A stretch of 64,000 nt of DNA. Source: the human T2T-CHM13v2.0 reference genome, Homo sapiens. The notes beneath the pieces are model-generated. The model was given only the letters and a program-made list of their open reading frames with translations, was not told the origin of the DNA and did no database searches. Location: NCBI RefSeq assembly GCF_009914755.1, contig NC_060942.1. The stretch is one strand, 5' to 3'. A program made the position numbers and the translations under genes. Positions 27,801-42,135 of the stretch are shown here, piece by piece. The stretch's first letter is position 1; each line of letters opens with the position of its first letter.

Positions 27801-28545
27801 CCAATTTTATGAAATTACTAACAGTCTTCCAAATAGTACTTTATGTTGGTGTAGTGGCCATTGGTTTTTGCAAATGTCATTTAAAGTGGAATCTAGGAAC
27901 TTTCCTTTGTCTCAATTTTATAGAAATGCCAGAAGACTCTATAGCTGGCAACACATTCGCAATGGTTACATTCAAAATGATTAAATACAATTTATTATCT
28001 ATGTAAAAAAAAACTGAGAACCAGGAAATAGAAATTTACATGGTACCCAAGGGCAAATACTAATCAGTAACTGAATAAGAATCTACATTTTTTTCCCAAA
28101 AGAAATTTGTCTATGACTTTGAGTCTGTTTTTATTGTAGATATTCTTTTTTTATAGAGATACAAACCAATATACAGAAAATACTGCTTAGTCTTCAAAAA
28201 ATATCATTTAATGAACACACAGGTCAATCCACATGACAGAACCCATGTAACTGCACGTTGCTGTCCCCAAATCTAAAACACTGGTAGCAGTAAACTTTTC
28301 ATCAAATTCGCTTTGAGTAATAACATTCTTTTATTAATTGATTGCCAGTTTTAACTGGTTTTTTGGCCTATTATTTCTCAGCAAGTTTGAATAAGTCTCT
28401 CTAATGTTCAAAAATCTATCCTCTGTAAACATAACCACTCCCTTTAAGATGTACATGAAGATAAATTTACTTCAGGGTATGTTTTTCAATCACTTCAAGG
28501 GAAAAAATATCAAACTCCAGAGGCATATTCTCAAAATGTATACAT

Positions 28546-29692
28546 GAGAGGTCCCCAACTTTTTGGCACCAGGGACTGGTTTTCATGGAAGACAATTTTT
28601 CTTTGTTTTATTATTATTATTATACTTTAAGTTTTGGGATACATGTGCAGAACGTGCAGTTTTGTTACATAGGTATACACGTGCCATGGCGGTTTGCTGC
28701 ACCCATCGTCAACCCGTCATCTACATTAGGTATTTCTCCTAATGCTATCCCTCCCCTAACCCCCCACCCCACAAAGGCCCTGGTGTGTGATGTTCCCCTC
28801 CCTATGTCTATGTGTTCTCATTGTTCAACTCCCACTTATGAGTGAGAAAATGCAGTGTTTGGTTTTTTGATCTTCTGATAGTTTGCTGAGAATGATGTTT
28901 TCCAGCTTCATCCATGTACCTGCAAAAGACATGAACTCATCCTCTTTTATGGCTGCATAGTATTCCATGGTGTATATGTGCCACATTTTCTTAATCCAGT
29001 CTATCACTGATGGTCATTTGGGTTGGTTCCAAGTCTTTGCTATTGTGAATAGTGCTGCAATAAACATAGGTGTGCATGTGTCTTTATTGTAGAATGATTT
29101 ATAATCCTTTGGGTATATGCCCAGTAATGGGATTGCTGGGTCAAATGGTATTTCTAGTTGTATATCCTTGAGGAATTGCCACACTGTCTTCCACAATGGT
29201 TAAACTAATTTATACCCCCACCAACAGTGTAAAAGCGTTCCTATTTTTCCACATCCTCTCTAGCACCTGTTGTTTCCTGACTTTGTAATGGTCATCATTC
29301 TAAATGGCATGAGATGGTATCTCATTGTGGTTTTGACTCGCATTTCTCTAATGACCTGTGATGATGAGCATTTTTTCGTATGTCTGTTGGCTGCATAAAT
29401 GGAAAGACAATTTTTCTATGGGCTGGGTTTTGGGGGGATGGTTTTGGGGTGAAACTGGTCTTCTTCAGATCATCAGGCATTAGATACTCATAGGGAGCAT
29501 GCAACCTAGAACCCTCGCATGTACAGTTCATAATAGGGTTCATGCTCCTATGAGAATCTAATGCCACCACTGATCTGACAGGAAGCGGAGCTCAGGCAGT
29601 AATGCTGGTTTGCTGCTCAGCTCCTGCGTAGCCCAGTTCCAAACAGGCCACGGACCAATGCCAGTCCATGGCCTAGGGGTTGGGAACTCCTA
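28546..29692 (-). mobile_element. MER1B hAT-Charlie MITE split by L1 (28546-28602 plus 29404-29692)
   Basis: TIR-like ends gagaggtccccaac / gttgggaactccta; 8-bp TSD gtatacat (28538-28545) / gtatgcat (29693-29700). Confidence 0.9.
28603..29403 (-). mobile_element. L1PA (about PA6-7) 5'-truncated 3' end
   Basis: Canonical antisense 3'UTR tatactttaagttttgggatacatgtgcagaacg; ORF2 C-terminal peptide in the track (EIPFDPAIPLLGIYPKDYK); TSD aagacaatttttct at 28589-28602 and 29404-29417. Confidence 0.97.
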
Positions 29693-30214
29693 GTATGCAT
29701 GTGTGGAATCATAAACATTAATGAATTAAGGAGTGCCTGCTGATGCTACTCACCATTTATATAATCCCATTTTAATACTAGTGCAGCATCCTCCAATTAG
29801 GGGAAAACTGGTAATTACAGGGAAGTTTTGAAGCAAAAAGTTGGGTCAATATAAAGAACATTGTAAGACACACACAAACACATACACACATGCACAAAAT
29901 TCTGGGTTGTTTGGCATTATGAATAAAGCTTTTATAAACATTCATGTATAATGAGTGTACAACTTTCTCTTTCTACAGGTGGAATTGCTGGTATGTAAGT
30001 GTGTATTTCAATTCATAAGAAATTGTCAGGCTCATGTTCTAAATAGTTGTACCATTTTACACTCCTACTAGTATCCTTTGATGGCTTTTCTTCACATACT
30101 TGAAGTCGTTATCACTGCAACCCTTCTGGTAGGTAATAATATTGCATTGTGGTTTTAATGTACATATTACTATGAATATTAATCTAGTATATTTGGGGGC
30201 CTTTTATGTAGCTA

Positions 30215-30546
<332 letters not shown>

Positions 30547-30679
30547 TTATTATTGAGTAGTTGTATTTCTTTATATATCTTAGAAATAAATCCTTTGGAA
30601 ATATATATTTTAGGAATATTTTCTCACTGGCTATTCATTTTCTCTTTCATGGTACCTGATGATTATATCTTCGAGTTTT

Positions 30680-31229
30680 GAAAAAGCCAGTTTACCCACT
30701 GTTTGGAGACTTTTCCCCAAGGATCATGCATTTCTGAACATCAGTGAAGTTTGCAAAGCTACTCTGATGCAGGATGTAGCATTTTTGATATTCTAGGAGA
30801 CTAAAAAAATAATAATGTCTCCCTCCCCTCCCCAGATAAATTTTACAAGGTAATAAAGAAAATGTCTTCTTCCAGATTAGGGGGAAGATTTGTTTCCTGA
30901 CTAGGATAATAAAGTTAATAGCTGTCTCCAGAGGGCAGAATGATAGGTTTGCCAGCCACTCTCTGTAAGATTGAGTGGATTCCAAAGTAGAGTGGTCCTT
31001 AGCTACAAAACAGACTGTTCACCTGAAGCCACCTCTATGACAACTCTATGGAACTTGGCTACATGAGGAACTGATGCGAACCTGAAATTCAAGCTGCTGG
31101 TTCTGCTAAGAGTAATAAACTGTCTAAATCCATTTGGGCTCATTGTTTCCCTACTGACCAAAACTGTGGAAATTTGGCAAGTCAACCTAGCTGATGCAGC
31201 AGTCACTGCTGCTTAGGAAGTGCTTGACT
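30680..31229 (+). mobile_element. ERVL LTR (LTR40-like) solo LTR
   Basis: ggaactgatgcgaacctgaaattcaagctgct...gagtaataaa...gtgcttgac. Confidence 0.6.
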
Positions 31230-31755
31230 GCATAGCAACATTTGTTTTTTTTATAGTTATTGCTTTATATGTCCTATCTAAGAAAACATTTGCTTACCCC
31301 AGCGTTATGAAGACATGTCAAGAAATCGTCAAAAGTTTCTTTGGCTTCATATTTTAGCATTTACATTGATAGACTTAACCATTTAGAATTAAATTTTTGT
31401 TATAATTACAGACAGGTTTGGAGCTTTAGTTTTTAAATTGGATATTCAATTTTATCAGCAATATCTGTTAAAAGAAAAAAAATACCACTGAATTGCTTAA
31501 ATACTTTCCTTGAACACCCTGAGCTTTTGTTTATCTGTGTTTGTGAGAATACTTTAGCTGTATATGGAATTCTGGGGTGATTTTCTTGTAGCATTTTAAT
31601 GATATAATCCCACTGTCTTCTAGCCTCCATTGTTTCTAAGGAGAAGTCAGGATAAACATATTGTTACATTTCATGTGCTTGTCGGTTTTCTCTAGCTACT
31701 TTGAAAATTGTCCTCTTTATCATTGGTTTTAAACAGTTACATTCCCTACATTGTT

Positions 31756-31759
<4 letters not shown>

Positions 31760-31793
<34 letters not shown>
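31760..31793. repeat. (TG)n microsatellite
   Basis: Directly visible. Confidence 0.95.
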
Positions 31794-31796
<3 letters not shown>

Positions 31797-33929
31797 ACGT
31801 GCACTCACAAGCCTGTGTGTGTTTTATAATTTTTAACACTGGACTCACTAAATTTAATTTGTAAATGTATGTCTTTCAACAATTTGAAGAAATTTTCAGC
31901 CATTCAGTTTTCCTTTTTTTCTGTCTCATACTATCTTTTTCTCCTTCTGGAACTTTGATATTAACTCTGGGTTGTTTTTCAACTTTTCTCTCAATCTTTT
32001 TAATTTCTATTTTTCAGATTGGATGATTTTGATTGGTCTATCTGCAAGTTTGTGGACGTTTTGTTCTGTATTTCCAACCAGGTGATAACCCCATTTAAAC
32101 ATTTTTGTTGTTGTTTCAAATATTGTGATTTTCAGCTCCAGAGCTTTCAATTTTTTCTTAATTTCTATTTTCTACACATTATTCTCTTTTGAGGATATTT
32201 TTCTTTACATCATTGAAAGTAAATATTGCTGCTCTAAAATTTTCACCTGCTGATTCTAAGTTGGGATCAGGTAAGTGTTAATCTTAATTTATTTCTCTTC
32301 GTTTTGAGTACACGTGAAATGAAGCTTCCTATTTCCTTACATGCCAGGTAATTTTGGAATGCATTCTGTATATTGTGAATGATATACTGGGTAGATTTCA
32401 GATACCATTATATTCTTTTGAAGTGTACTGATTTGATTAATTGATTGATTTTTTAAGTTTTAATAGGGAGTCACTTTAGCTGAACTCAAACTTCAGTCTC
32501 AGTCTCTTCTGTGGTGGGAAGCAGGTAAAACTTCTGTTTACATATTTTGTTCTTAGTTTGGCTCCTTAGATTCTACTATACACCTGAATAATGCAGGGGT
32601 CATGCAGAGATTTGGGCAGAACTTGTTTTCAAAATGTGAAGATATTCCTCCATGTACTTATCCTATCCCAGATGTTTCCTGTTACATTCTAGCTACTGTG
32701 TTCACCCTGAAGTCTTCATCCCGACTTTTAAAGATAGCAGGCCTGTCAGTTTCTACCTAATTTTGGGTCTTCCCTCAAGCAGGAAGCCATAAAAATAGAA
32801 AAATGACTTCCCACCTTTTTCTTATTTTGAGTATTAACTTTTCTCAAGTTTACAACTGCTTTTGTCACTTTCTTATGCCTTTCAAAAGTTGTTTTTAAAA
32901 TCTTTGTAGAGTGTGTAGCTCTATACTCAAGTCGTATCTTGGAAGATTGGTTTGGTAGGAGATATTTCCCTATTACTAGAAGAAGAATACCAATTATCTT
33001 TTGATTGACCTGTTTAATCTTATTATTTTTAGCCAATAATAAAATCTACTAGCTTCTTTGGGTTTGATACTACTAAAGTCTTTGTTAATTCCCTGGGGAG
33101 ATGTTAATAAAACTTCCTAATAAGTTTTAGCCTCCTGGCTTCCCCTCTATCCATTCATTTAACTCTCAATAATAAGAGCTCACTGAGCATGTTCTTATCA
33201 GTTTTATATTAACTCATTCAGGTGATTTTATTCATAGCTCTTTCCAGGAATATATAGTTGTTTTTTTTCCTGGATCTGCTGACTCCTATAAAGAGTTATA
33301 TCAGTGATAAACATCCTCTCTAATAGCTTTCTTTGCTATTATGTGAGCTTTGCTCTGTCATTTTTCTAGTTTTGTTTAATAAGACTAGGATATCCTCTCC
33401 ATTATTGACTTAATTGACTAATTACTTTATGAATTATGCCCAATAATTCTTCAATCCTTCACTCCCCATGCACATAATTTATTCCAGAAAAGTATTTGTA
33501 TGAAACTTTCAATACTTTCCTAAGTTTTCAAAACTATTTAAAAACTCCATCTATCTACTTATTTATATTTATTGCCTACCCAAGAAAACTAATTTAAAAA
33601 TTTCTCCAGTGTATCTAAGATAATCACTCACTTTCATAAGAGATTTAGATTTTATAAATTTAGGAATACTCACAATGGTGTTAGCTATGAATTGCCAACT
33701 TAGTATAAGACTATACCTGTAACATGTTTGATGTATTATAATGAAATTCACAGACTACATCAATGACTTTGTAATATATGAAAATCTATTAAAATCAATA
33801 ACACCTTTGAAGTTTAGGAAAAGTAATTGTCTTCTAAATTCTCTAAATTTTCATGTTTTCTAAAACATTCTTTGAAGTTCTTACATATCAAGATAAAAAC
33901 TGACTAAAACAAGCAAAAAGATGAACAAT

Positions 33930-34460
33930 TACAAATTTTGATAACTGCCACAAGGACACTAGGAGATAAAACAGGACAGGGTGCTTTAGTCAGGAAGGTC
34001 GGAGAAATCCCACTGAGGTGTCTCTTTAAGTAAGAAAAATTGGTGAGAAAAATTCAACTATGCAAAGAATTATCAGTGCATGAGGGCTGGAGGGAGGATT
34101 ATTGGGAGCCAATAACACTGAAAACCACTTGTGGCTCATCACGTTATAAGCAATTTGTAAACCCACCCGTCCTTCTGGATTTCAGTGACAAAGAGTGGGA
34201 AAAAGGGAGGGAAGAAGGAGGAATCAATTATATGAGCTGATTTTTAGGGTGCATAAGAGAGAGATCATAACAGGATTTGCAGGATAACATAAGAAAATTA
34301 TATTTTATTTTAATTAACAATAACTATTTGAATGATTTTAAGTTGGGGAATGATATGATGTGATTTCCATTTGTAGAGAAAGATCTGTCTTCCGAATGGA
34401 GAATGAACAGGAGAAGGGGCTCAAGTAAAGTGGGAGATGAGCAAGTTATTAATAGTTCTT
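33930..34460 (-). mobile_element. L2 fragment
   Basis: gaatgattttaagttggggaatgatatgatgtgattt...gaatggagaatgaacaggag. Confidence 0.6.
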
Positions 34461-37059
34461 GCAGTTTCAATTATGTGTTTTTTTCTCACATCTATGATTA
34501 GACAAGCCCATCCATGTGGTCTGTACCTCAAAGTCATACTTATTCCCAAAATCCTTAGCCCCTGGGTCCAAATGTGTTAAATTAAGCTTTTATCTCAGAG
34601 GCTTTGGTTACTGTAACCACAGTAACACTGGCTACAATGTATCAGCTACCTGTGCTTTCTAAATGACCTATTTTGTTAGAATTAAAAGAGTCATGCTTTT
34701 TCATAGACTGTTCTTTAAAAGGTCCTATTTTCTATAGCATGAATGTGAAACAGGGCTGGAGATTTCGATATGGTTTTAAATACATGTAATAGTTACCAAT
34801 GCTTTACAAGTAAATGTATTACTTAAATAATATAACCCCAGTTCAGGCTTGACCTGTCTTATCTTTCTCACACAGTGATGACAAACAATTTAGGGCTTCT
34901 CTTCTCGGCCTCCGAAGTTTATTTTATAGTCTTTAACTCTGCTCCTGAGTGTTGTTGTTAAGAGAAAAGAATTTTTTATTCTGACAACTCCGATATCCTT
35001 TGCATTTTCTACAAATGAGTGAAAGAAAGATGTTGTGTAAAGGGATTTGATTTGTAACACAATAGCTGCTTTTCCTCAGCTAAAGTATAGAGCATGGAAC
35101 AAATTTACATTAAATATATGCTCTTGTGAAGGAAGAAATAAGCATTTGGGTTTGAAATATGTCAAGCAACTATTTTTATGAAGGGAAAGTCATTTTGTTC
35201 AGCTGTGATTTTAGTTCCAACTAACAAAGTCTCACTCTATGCACTCATTTTCTACTTCTGGATGTCTTGTTGGTTAAGCTTTAAATCTTCCACATTGTCC
35301 CTTTTTTCCCTAACAGGTAGGTACCAGACAATGTTGGCTGTGCTGTAAAATTTTACAGCTCAGTGGTAATAAAATACCACCGGTGGAAACTATTTCATGC
35401 CCTTTTAGCAATGTAGATAGACAGATTCAGAACAGAGAAATGTATCTGGCCATGCAAAATATCTAACTTACGCCCTCATTTAATTGATGACAGATCTATT
35501 AGCTGAACAATACAGGCCTCAAAATGGATTTTGTGCATCCATCCCAGTTACTTTTTTTTTTTGGCCTGTCAATGAAATGTTTGAAAGATACTGAAAGGTT
35601 AAACCACTGGTGGTCATGGTTAATAGGAAACATTTGAATAGCAGATGGTGGGATAAACCACAAATGCACAGCTTGAGTAGCTTCTTGAGCCCCAGGAGAA
35701 AGAATAATAGACCCAAACATAGCTGTGTCTCATTTACTAAAACACATGTTACCTTTCTTTCTCTCAAATAAAAAGGACGCTGGTAGCATGACTATGTCAA
35801 CAGCAATAAAAGATCACTATAAATACGAAGATAGCACCATGGTTTCATTCTCACTGCTCTTCTATTTGTTTTGATGGTTGTCAGTGACCTTGCACTCCTT
35901 CTATGGTATTCATGTTCAGACCAGGCAATACAGCTAGCAATATACTTTCTGGCAGTGAAATAAATTACTTGATATTTAAGGTCAGCTGCATAAGTCACCT
36001 TGCATGGCCCTACACTCTGACAGTTCCCTCAGACCTTGGAGAAATTAGGCTGCTTTTTGCTGTAGTGAATTGAAACTCCAATTAAAATTGCTTTTAAACA
36101 AGAAGAAAATATAATAAACATAATATTGATTACTATGAATGGAAATCTATGGGTAGCGTCACCTTAACAGTTGACTTAATTAATGGCTATTTCAAGCTCC
36201 GTTTAATCACATTTTTCTATCTCAGACCTTAGTCTTTCTGGTCTTAACCTCAGACCATCAAAACTGGCTGAAGAAATCCCAGGTGGCAGATCTAAATGAC
36301 AGAGAGTGCCTCTTCTTGTTATTCTCAAAATTACCAGTGAAGAAAGATTTCAGAATCCCAGAATAAAACTTCTTACATTTCATTGATCCAAATTTAATCA
36401 AATTCTAATTCAAAATGCATGCTCTTGATGTAGGAAACACTACACACCCATCATCTTAAGCCTGATTCTTGAACAAGTCAGTGGTGAAGACCATGTTTTC
36501 TCTAATTAACTTTAAATGATTAAAGCTCATCCTTTCATGGATTTTAGAAAATTGAATACATTATCAATGCCACCCTACCCCTGCCCTACAAATGAGGATT
36601 TTCGATGTGGGTGAATAATTTGCAAGTATTAGTATGTAGAGTTTTCGTTGATCATTAGAGGAAGCAGGTAAATGTAGTCTGTGACTCTTCTGTGTGATAC
36701 TTGCTTTGGGTTTGGTCCTCTCTATTCCACGTGGGAGTGTGATACATTGGGTTGCCTCCTTCTCCTGCCACTGAAAGTGTGAGAAGGCACTGAATGTCCC
36801 AGCAGCAGGCATGTAAATATGCCATATTTTATTCTAGACTCATTGGATAAAAACCTGCCTTCAGTTCTCTCTTCTTGCCTTCTCCAACAAAGTAGTAAAA
36901 TCCAGAGGAATAAAAACATGCTGCACTCTAAAAGACAGTTTCTAAATAAAATAAAATATAACAAAACAAAACTGTCTGTTCCCTATGTAGGTGAAAGAAG
37001 AACTTGCAATGTGATATACAACCCAGCATATATTGTCAAAATAATACATTATGTAGACT

Positions 37060-37596
37060 TTACCCAGCAATCCCATTATTGGGTATATACTTCTAAAGAA
37101 TATAAGCCACTCTACCATAAAGACAGCTGCATGCATATTTTCACTGCAGCACTATTCACAATAGCAAAGCTATGGAATAAATCTAAATGCCCATCAACAG
37201 TAGATTGAATAAAGAAAATGTGGTATGTATATACCATGGAATACTACACAGCCATAAAAAAGAATGAGGTCATTTTCTTTCCAGCAACATGGATGGAGCT
37301 GGAGGCCTTTATCCTAAGTGAACTAATGCAGGAACAAAAAAACCAAATACCACATATTCTGACATATAATTTGAAGCTAAACTTCAAATACATATGGACA
37401 CAAAGAAGGGAATAACAGACACTAGAGCCTACACAAGGTAGGGGGTAAGGATGGAAAAACTACCTGTTGGGTAATATCTTTATTACCTAGGTAATGAAAT
37501 AATCTGTGCACCAAACAGATTATTTGTGACACACAATTTACTTATACCATAAACCTGCACATGTACCCGTGAACCTAAAATAAAATTTTTAAAAGA
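37060..37596 (+). mobile_element. Old L1PA (PA15/16-like) 3' end
   Basis: cccagcaatcccattattgggtatatac...aaacctgcacatgtacccgtgaacctaaaataaaa. Confidence 0.92.
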
Positions 37597-38531
37597 AAGT
37601 ATTTGGTTAATCATCCTGACAATAAAGGTAAAATTGCCTTGATTATGGTGAACATATGACCCTTATGAAGTTGGTACATTGAAAGGTGAGGGATCTAGGG
37701 TCATAGCCTAATAGTCTTTTCCCTAAAGCCATTTATAACTCTATTTATGTTAGTATATAAGCAATTACAGTCTCATTTATACTGATCTACTTTAAGTTGT
37801 AAAATGTCCTTTCAGGTTGTAAAATATAAAACAATATACTCCATTTTATTAGTTCTAATATGGAGCACCTATTTACTTTTTTTTAATATTAAGATATAAT
37901 CCAATCAATCATTTTACAATGCTGAGCATTCAACATAGATGGTCATGGATGGCACCTGTGTTTTCACTAACTATTCTAAAACAAGAGAGATGAGTAACAA
38001 AAACTTGTCATCATAACTGGTTTTATTTTGCTAAGAATTCATAAGTTTAAATATTAGTTTGAACATTTTCAGAGTCAAGGATAAATGTGTCAGAACAGAG
38101 TATAGTATTGAGCTTCCATTAGATGAAAGATGAGTTTGAACGTCTGAAAATAAATGGCAATAAACATTGAAAGCAAGAGATAAATAATTGAATAGAGAAC
38201 AATATATTATTATATCCAAAGCCTTATTTTTTATCTGAAAATATTTAGGTAGGCTTCTCCATATCTAATATGCTGTGAATCAATTATTGCAATCCTTACT
38301 GAATAACATTTGACCCACTATAAATTGGACCAAAGAGGGTCTCCCAAGATCCCGTGTAAATAACTCATGTCGCAAATTATTCTCAACATATCATGATTCC
38401 CTTTTACTGATTTCTCCTTAGAAAATGCATTTCAAATTTTGATAATTCAGGAGTACCAAGATATGACTAATCATTAAATTTACTATCTTAATCAGGAGTT
38501 GGCTTTTAATAGGAACACGAGAGTCTAAATT

Positions 38532-38841
38532 AATGCTGTCCAATAGAAAAATGTGATCTACAAATGCAAGCCACATAGAGGATTGTAAATTTTGTAGTCA
38601 CATTTTAAATAGTAAAAGAAAAAGTAGCTGTGATTAATTTTAGTAATATATTGTATTTAAACTGGTACATATTTTAATACATAATTAAAATTTTAAAAAT
38701 TACTAATGGAATATTTTGCATTTTTTTTACTGTCTTCAAAATCTGACATGTATGTTACACTCACAGAAAATCACTATTTAACCACATCTTAAGTGCTTGA
38801 TAGCTGCAGGTGTTTGGTGGCTACTATATTGACCAGTGCAA
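38532..38841. mobile_element. MER33 hAT-Charlie MITE
   Basis: gctgtccaataga...gcaagccacat...ggtggctactatattgaccagtgca. Confidence 0.8.
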
Positions 38842-38849
38842 ATCTAATC

Positions 38850-39165
38850 TTGCCATGCAAAATACCATAGACTAGGTGGCTTAAACAACAGATATTTATT
38901 TCTCACAGTTCTGGAGTCTTAAAGTCCAAAATCAGGGTGGCAGCATGGTCAAGGTCTGGTGAGGACTTTCCTCCAGACTCATAGATGGTCATCTTCTCAC
39001 TGTGTCCTCATAAGACAGAGAGAGAAAACTAGTTCCTCAGTGTCTCTTCTTATAAGGACACTAATCCCATCACAAGACCCCCACATCTATGAACTCATTT
39101 AACAAAGGCTCCGCCTCCAAACACCATCACACTGGGTGTTAGGACTTCCGCACATGCAGTTTGAT
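38850..39165 (-). mobile_element. MLT1A/B-type MaLR LTR
   Basis: aaaataccatagactaggtggcttaaacaacagatatttatttctcacagttctggag...cttataaggacactaatcccat. Confidence 0.88.
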
Positions 39166-40900
39166 TCATTCCTCAATGCTGTTGCTATGGTGATATGTCT
39201 TTAGGAAAACTCCCTTGACGTGAGCTTAGGCTCATCATGACCTTGTTATGATTCGCTCTTGGCTTTCAGGAGTGAGGATTTTTCTTCGAGTTTTTGCTTT
39301 TGTTTTTAATAATAAGTCCTTTTAAACAGGACTTTGTAACTGCTGAATTTTTTTTTAAAAAAAAGATGTTTGAAAGAGTTTAGGAGAAACATATGCTCTT
39401 TTAAAAAGTGTTAATGAGAAATTAAGTAAAAATTGTTGTACCTAGGAAATAGCACTATCCTCTTAGGTCTACTTATCTTCTTTAGTGTTTTTAAAGTGGA
39501 AACAGAGACATTATCCTAATTAGGAAATTTTTAATTAAGAAGACATAGATCATTTGGGGAAAATTAGCTAACTAGTTTGTGATTTAACATCAAGTACAGA
39601 CTTTTTTTTTTTTCATGAAGTCCTGTGGCTTACAAAAAAGGTTGAAATAAAACTGGCTTAATGTCTGAATTTTGTTTTGCAGTTGGTTCCCTGTATGTTG
39701 ATCTAGAACTATAAACTCATTCGCAAGTATTTAGAATATTTGATTCAGGGTGGATTCTTTTATTACTCCACAAATAATGCAGATCATAATAAATCTGATA
39801 ATATGGATTGTAAAATAACTGTAAATGACTAAAAAAAACCTGTCTTCAAATATATCCCTATTATTCTGTAAATAAATATTCAGAGGTTTTATTGATATGT
39901 CTCACTTGAAAGCTGAGAAATAAATATTTGTTTAAGGTCAAACACATAATTTGTATTATTTTGATGATTAGTTCTCCTGGTTCCCAAAACAATGTTTCTT
40001 CATGGTTTAATACTAGACACCCAGATCACTGAAATCCAATCATTTTTTCAGCATTGGCACATTGTCATTAAATTATATCCTAAGGCTTGGTGACACGAAA
40101 GTGTAGATGAGCCCTAATATATGGTCTTCCGGTTTCCCACCAGGTCATTTGCATTAAGTGTTCACTTAGACCCCGCTACATAACAAGTGCCTGAGAAAAG
40201 AATTCTGCCTTGGTCTCATGAAATCTGAAGAGACTTGAATGCAATTGAATGAGATTGATTTTCCCTTTAATAAATAACTATTAATATGTGTTTGAGTTAC
40301 TAAGTGGCCATTTTTCTCATCAAAAATATTTTCAAAAGGAAGAAGAAGATAAGGAGAAGGGGGGAAAGAAGGATGAATTCTAGAAGACAAGGAGAAAAGA
40401 TGGAGAGTGGGGAGAAGGAGGAAACAGTATGAGGGAGAAAATAAAGTTATAATTTGAGTCAATTGTAGGGAAATCTTTCAATTTCTACAGACACAGATGT
40501 TTAATAATTTAGGCACATTAAGGAAACACTGTGGATCATATCAGAACAGAGATATTGATTGATGAACTAAAACAGCAGATTATTTTCCTCTATTTTTCTA
40601 TTGATAAGGTTCAAAGCTTTGGAAAACACTCAAAGTAACAATGTTCTTCACTTATCTGTATCAAATTTGCAAATTATATATCTGCAGAAAGTATAGCAAT
40701 TTTCTAAAATTACAAAATTAAATCATGTAGATGTCTTGGCTTTAATGAAATAAGCAAAGCCAAAATATCACAATTTTAATAATCCTAAGTAACTCTGCTT
40801 TTTAAAATCATTTTATGCACATAATTTAAGGAATTAAAAAATTAGAAATTGTTATTTAGCAAAAAGTGTGAATAGATTTATCTTTAAAACAATTTTCAGT

Positions 40901-41224
<324 letters not shown>

Positions 41225-41705
41225 CAGTCATTTTTAAATTTTAAAAATGTTGTTTTAAAAAATGCATAATGCATTATTGTTTACATTGCGTCATGAAGTC
41301 AATTTAATTTATTGCCAGAAAAATATTTTGAAGGTTTTGTTTTCTGAAAAAGCACTATGACTTTTTAATTGGATTATGTGCTCATAAAAATGTAAGAAAA
41401 TGCCCTAAATACGGCATTTCTACCATTTCTATTAAAATAAGCCAACTGAACTTATTGAGAATATTGTAGCTTTTTTTAACTTTCTAAATCTTGGGTATAA
41501 GCATCAAAGGCAAACAAATAAAAACTGGTTGGAAAAATGAAACGGAAAATCGTATTGGAAAGATTAATTCTTCAGGTAAGTACAGTGAACAAAGTTCTAT
41601 TGCTTGTCAGAGTCACTGTGTGACTAGAGATTTAGGGACTCAACTACTACATTTCTCTCTGCATACTTACATTGAATGCATGAGTTTACATTTTTTAGTG
41701 CTTGA

Positions 41706-41925
41706 GATAGATAGATAGATAGACAGATAGATAGACAGATAGATAGACAGATAGATAGATTTGTCCAGATATCTAGATAGATTTGTAGATAGATAGATTT
41801 GTAGATAGATAGATACATAGATAGATAGCTAGATAGATATCTATCACAAACCCTAAAAAAGATAGATTTTTCTATCTATCTGTCTATCTATCTCTCTGTC
41901 TATCTATCTATCATCTATCTATCTG
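41706..41925. repeat. (GATA/GACA)n array followed by inverted (TATC/TGTC)n array
   Basis: Directly visible. Confidence 0.95.
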
Positions 41926-41984
41926 CTACTTTACTCTTATTTCTTCCTTGTATTTTCTTCAAATAATCAAATTAAGTTGCTGCT

Positions 41985-42135
41985 GGTATTATCCTAATTT
42001 TATAGATCAAGAAACTGAGACTCAGGAAGGAAAAACAAATCTCCCAAGTTCACAGAGTTAATATCTATTAATTCTTGTCCAACTGACTGTAACTCCAGTG
42101 TCCAAGCTGTTAAATGTCTTGCTAAATTTCCTCTC
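41985..42135 (-). mobile_element. MIR fragment
   Basis: attatcctaattttatagatcaagaaactgagactcag...cccaagttcacagag. Confidence 0.75.

Noticed and set aside
28825-29196. ORFs resembling the L1 ORF2p C-terminus (also 5226, 37218, 63121)
   Set aside because: Fragments of 5'-truncated L1 copies with no promoter or intact RT.
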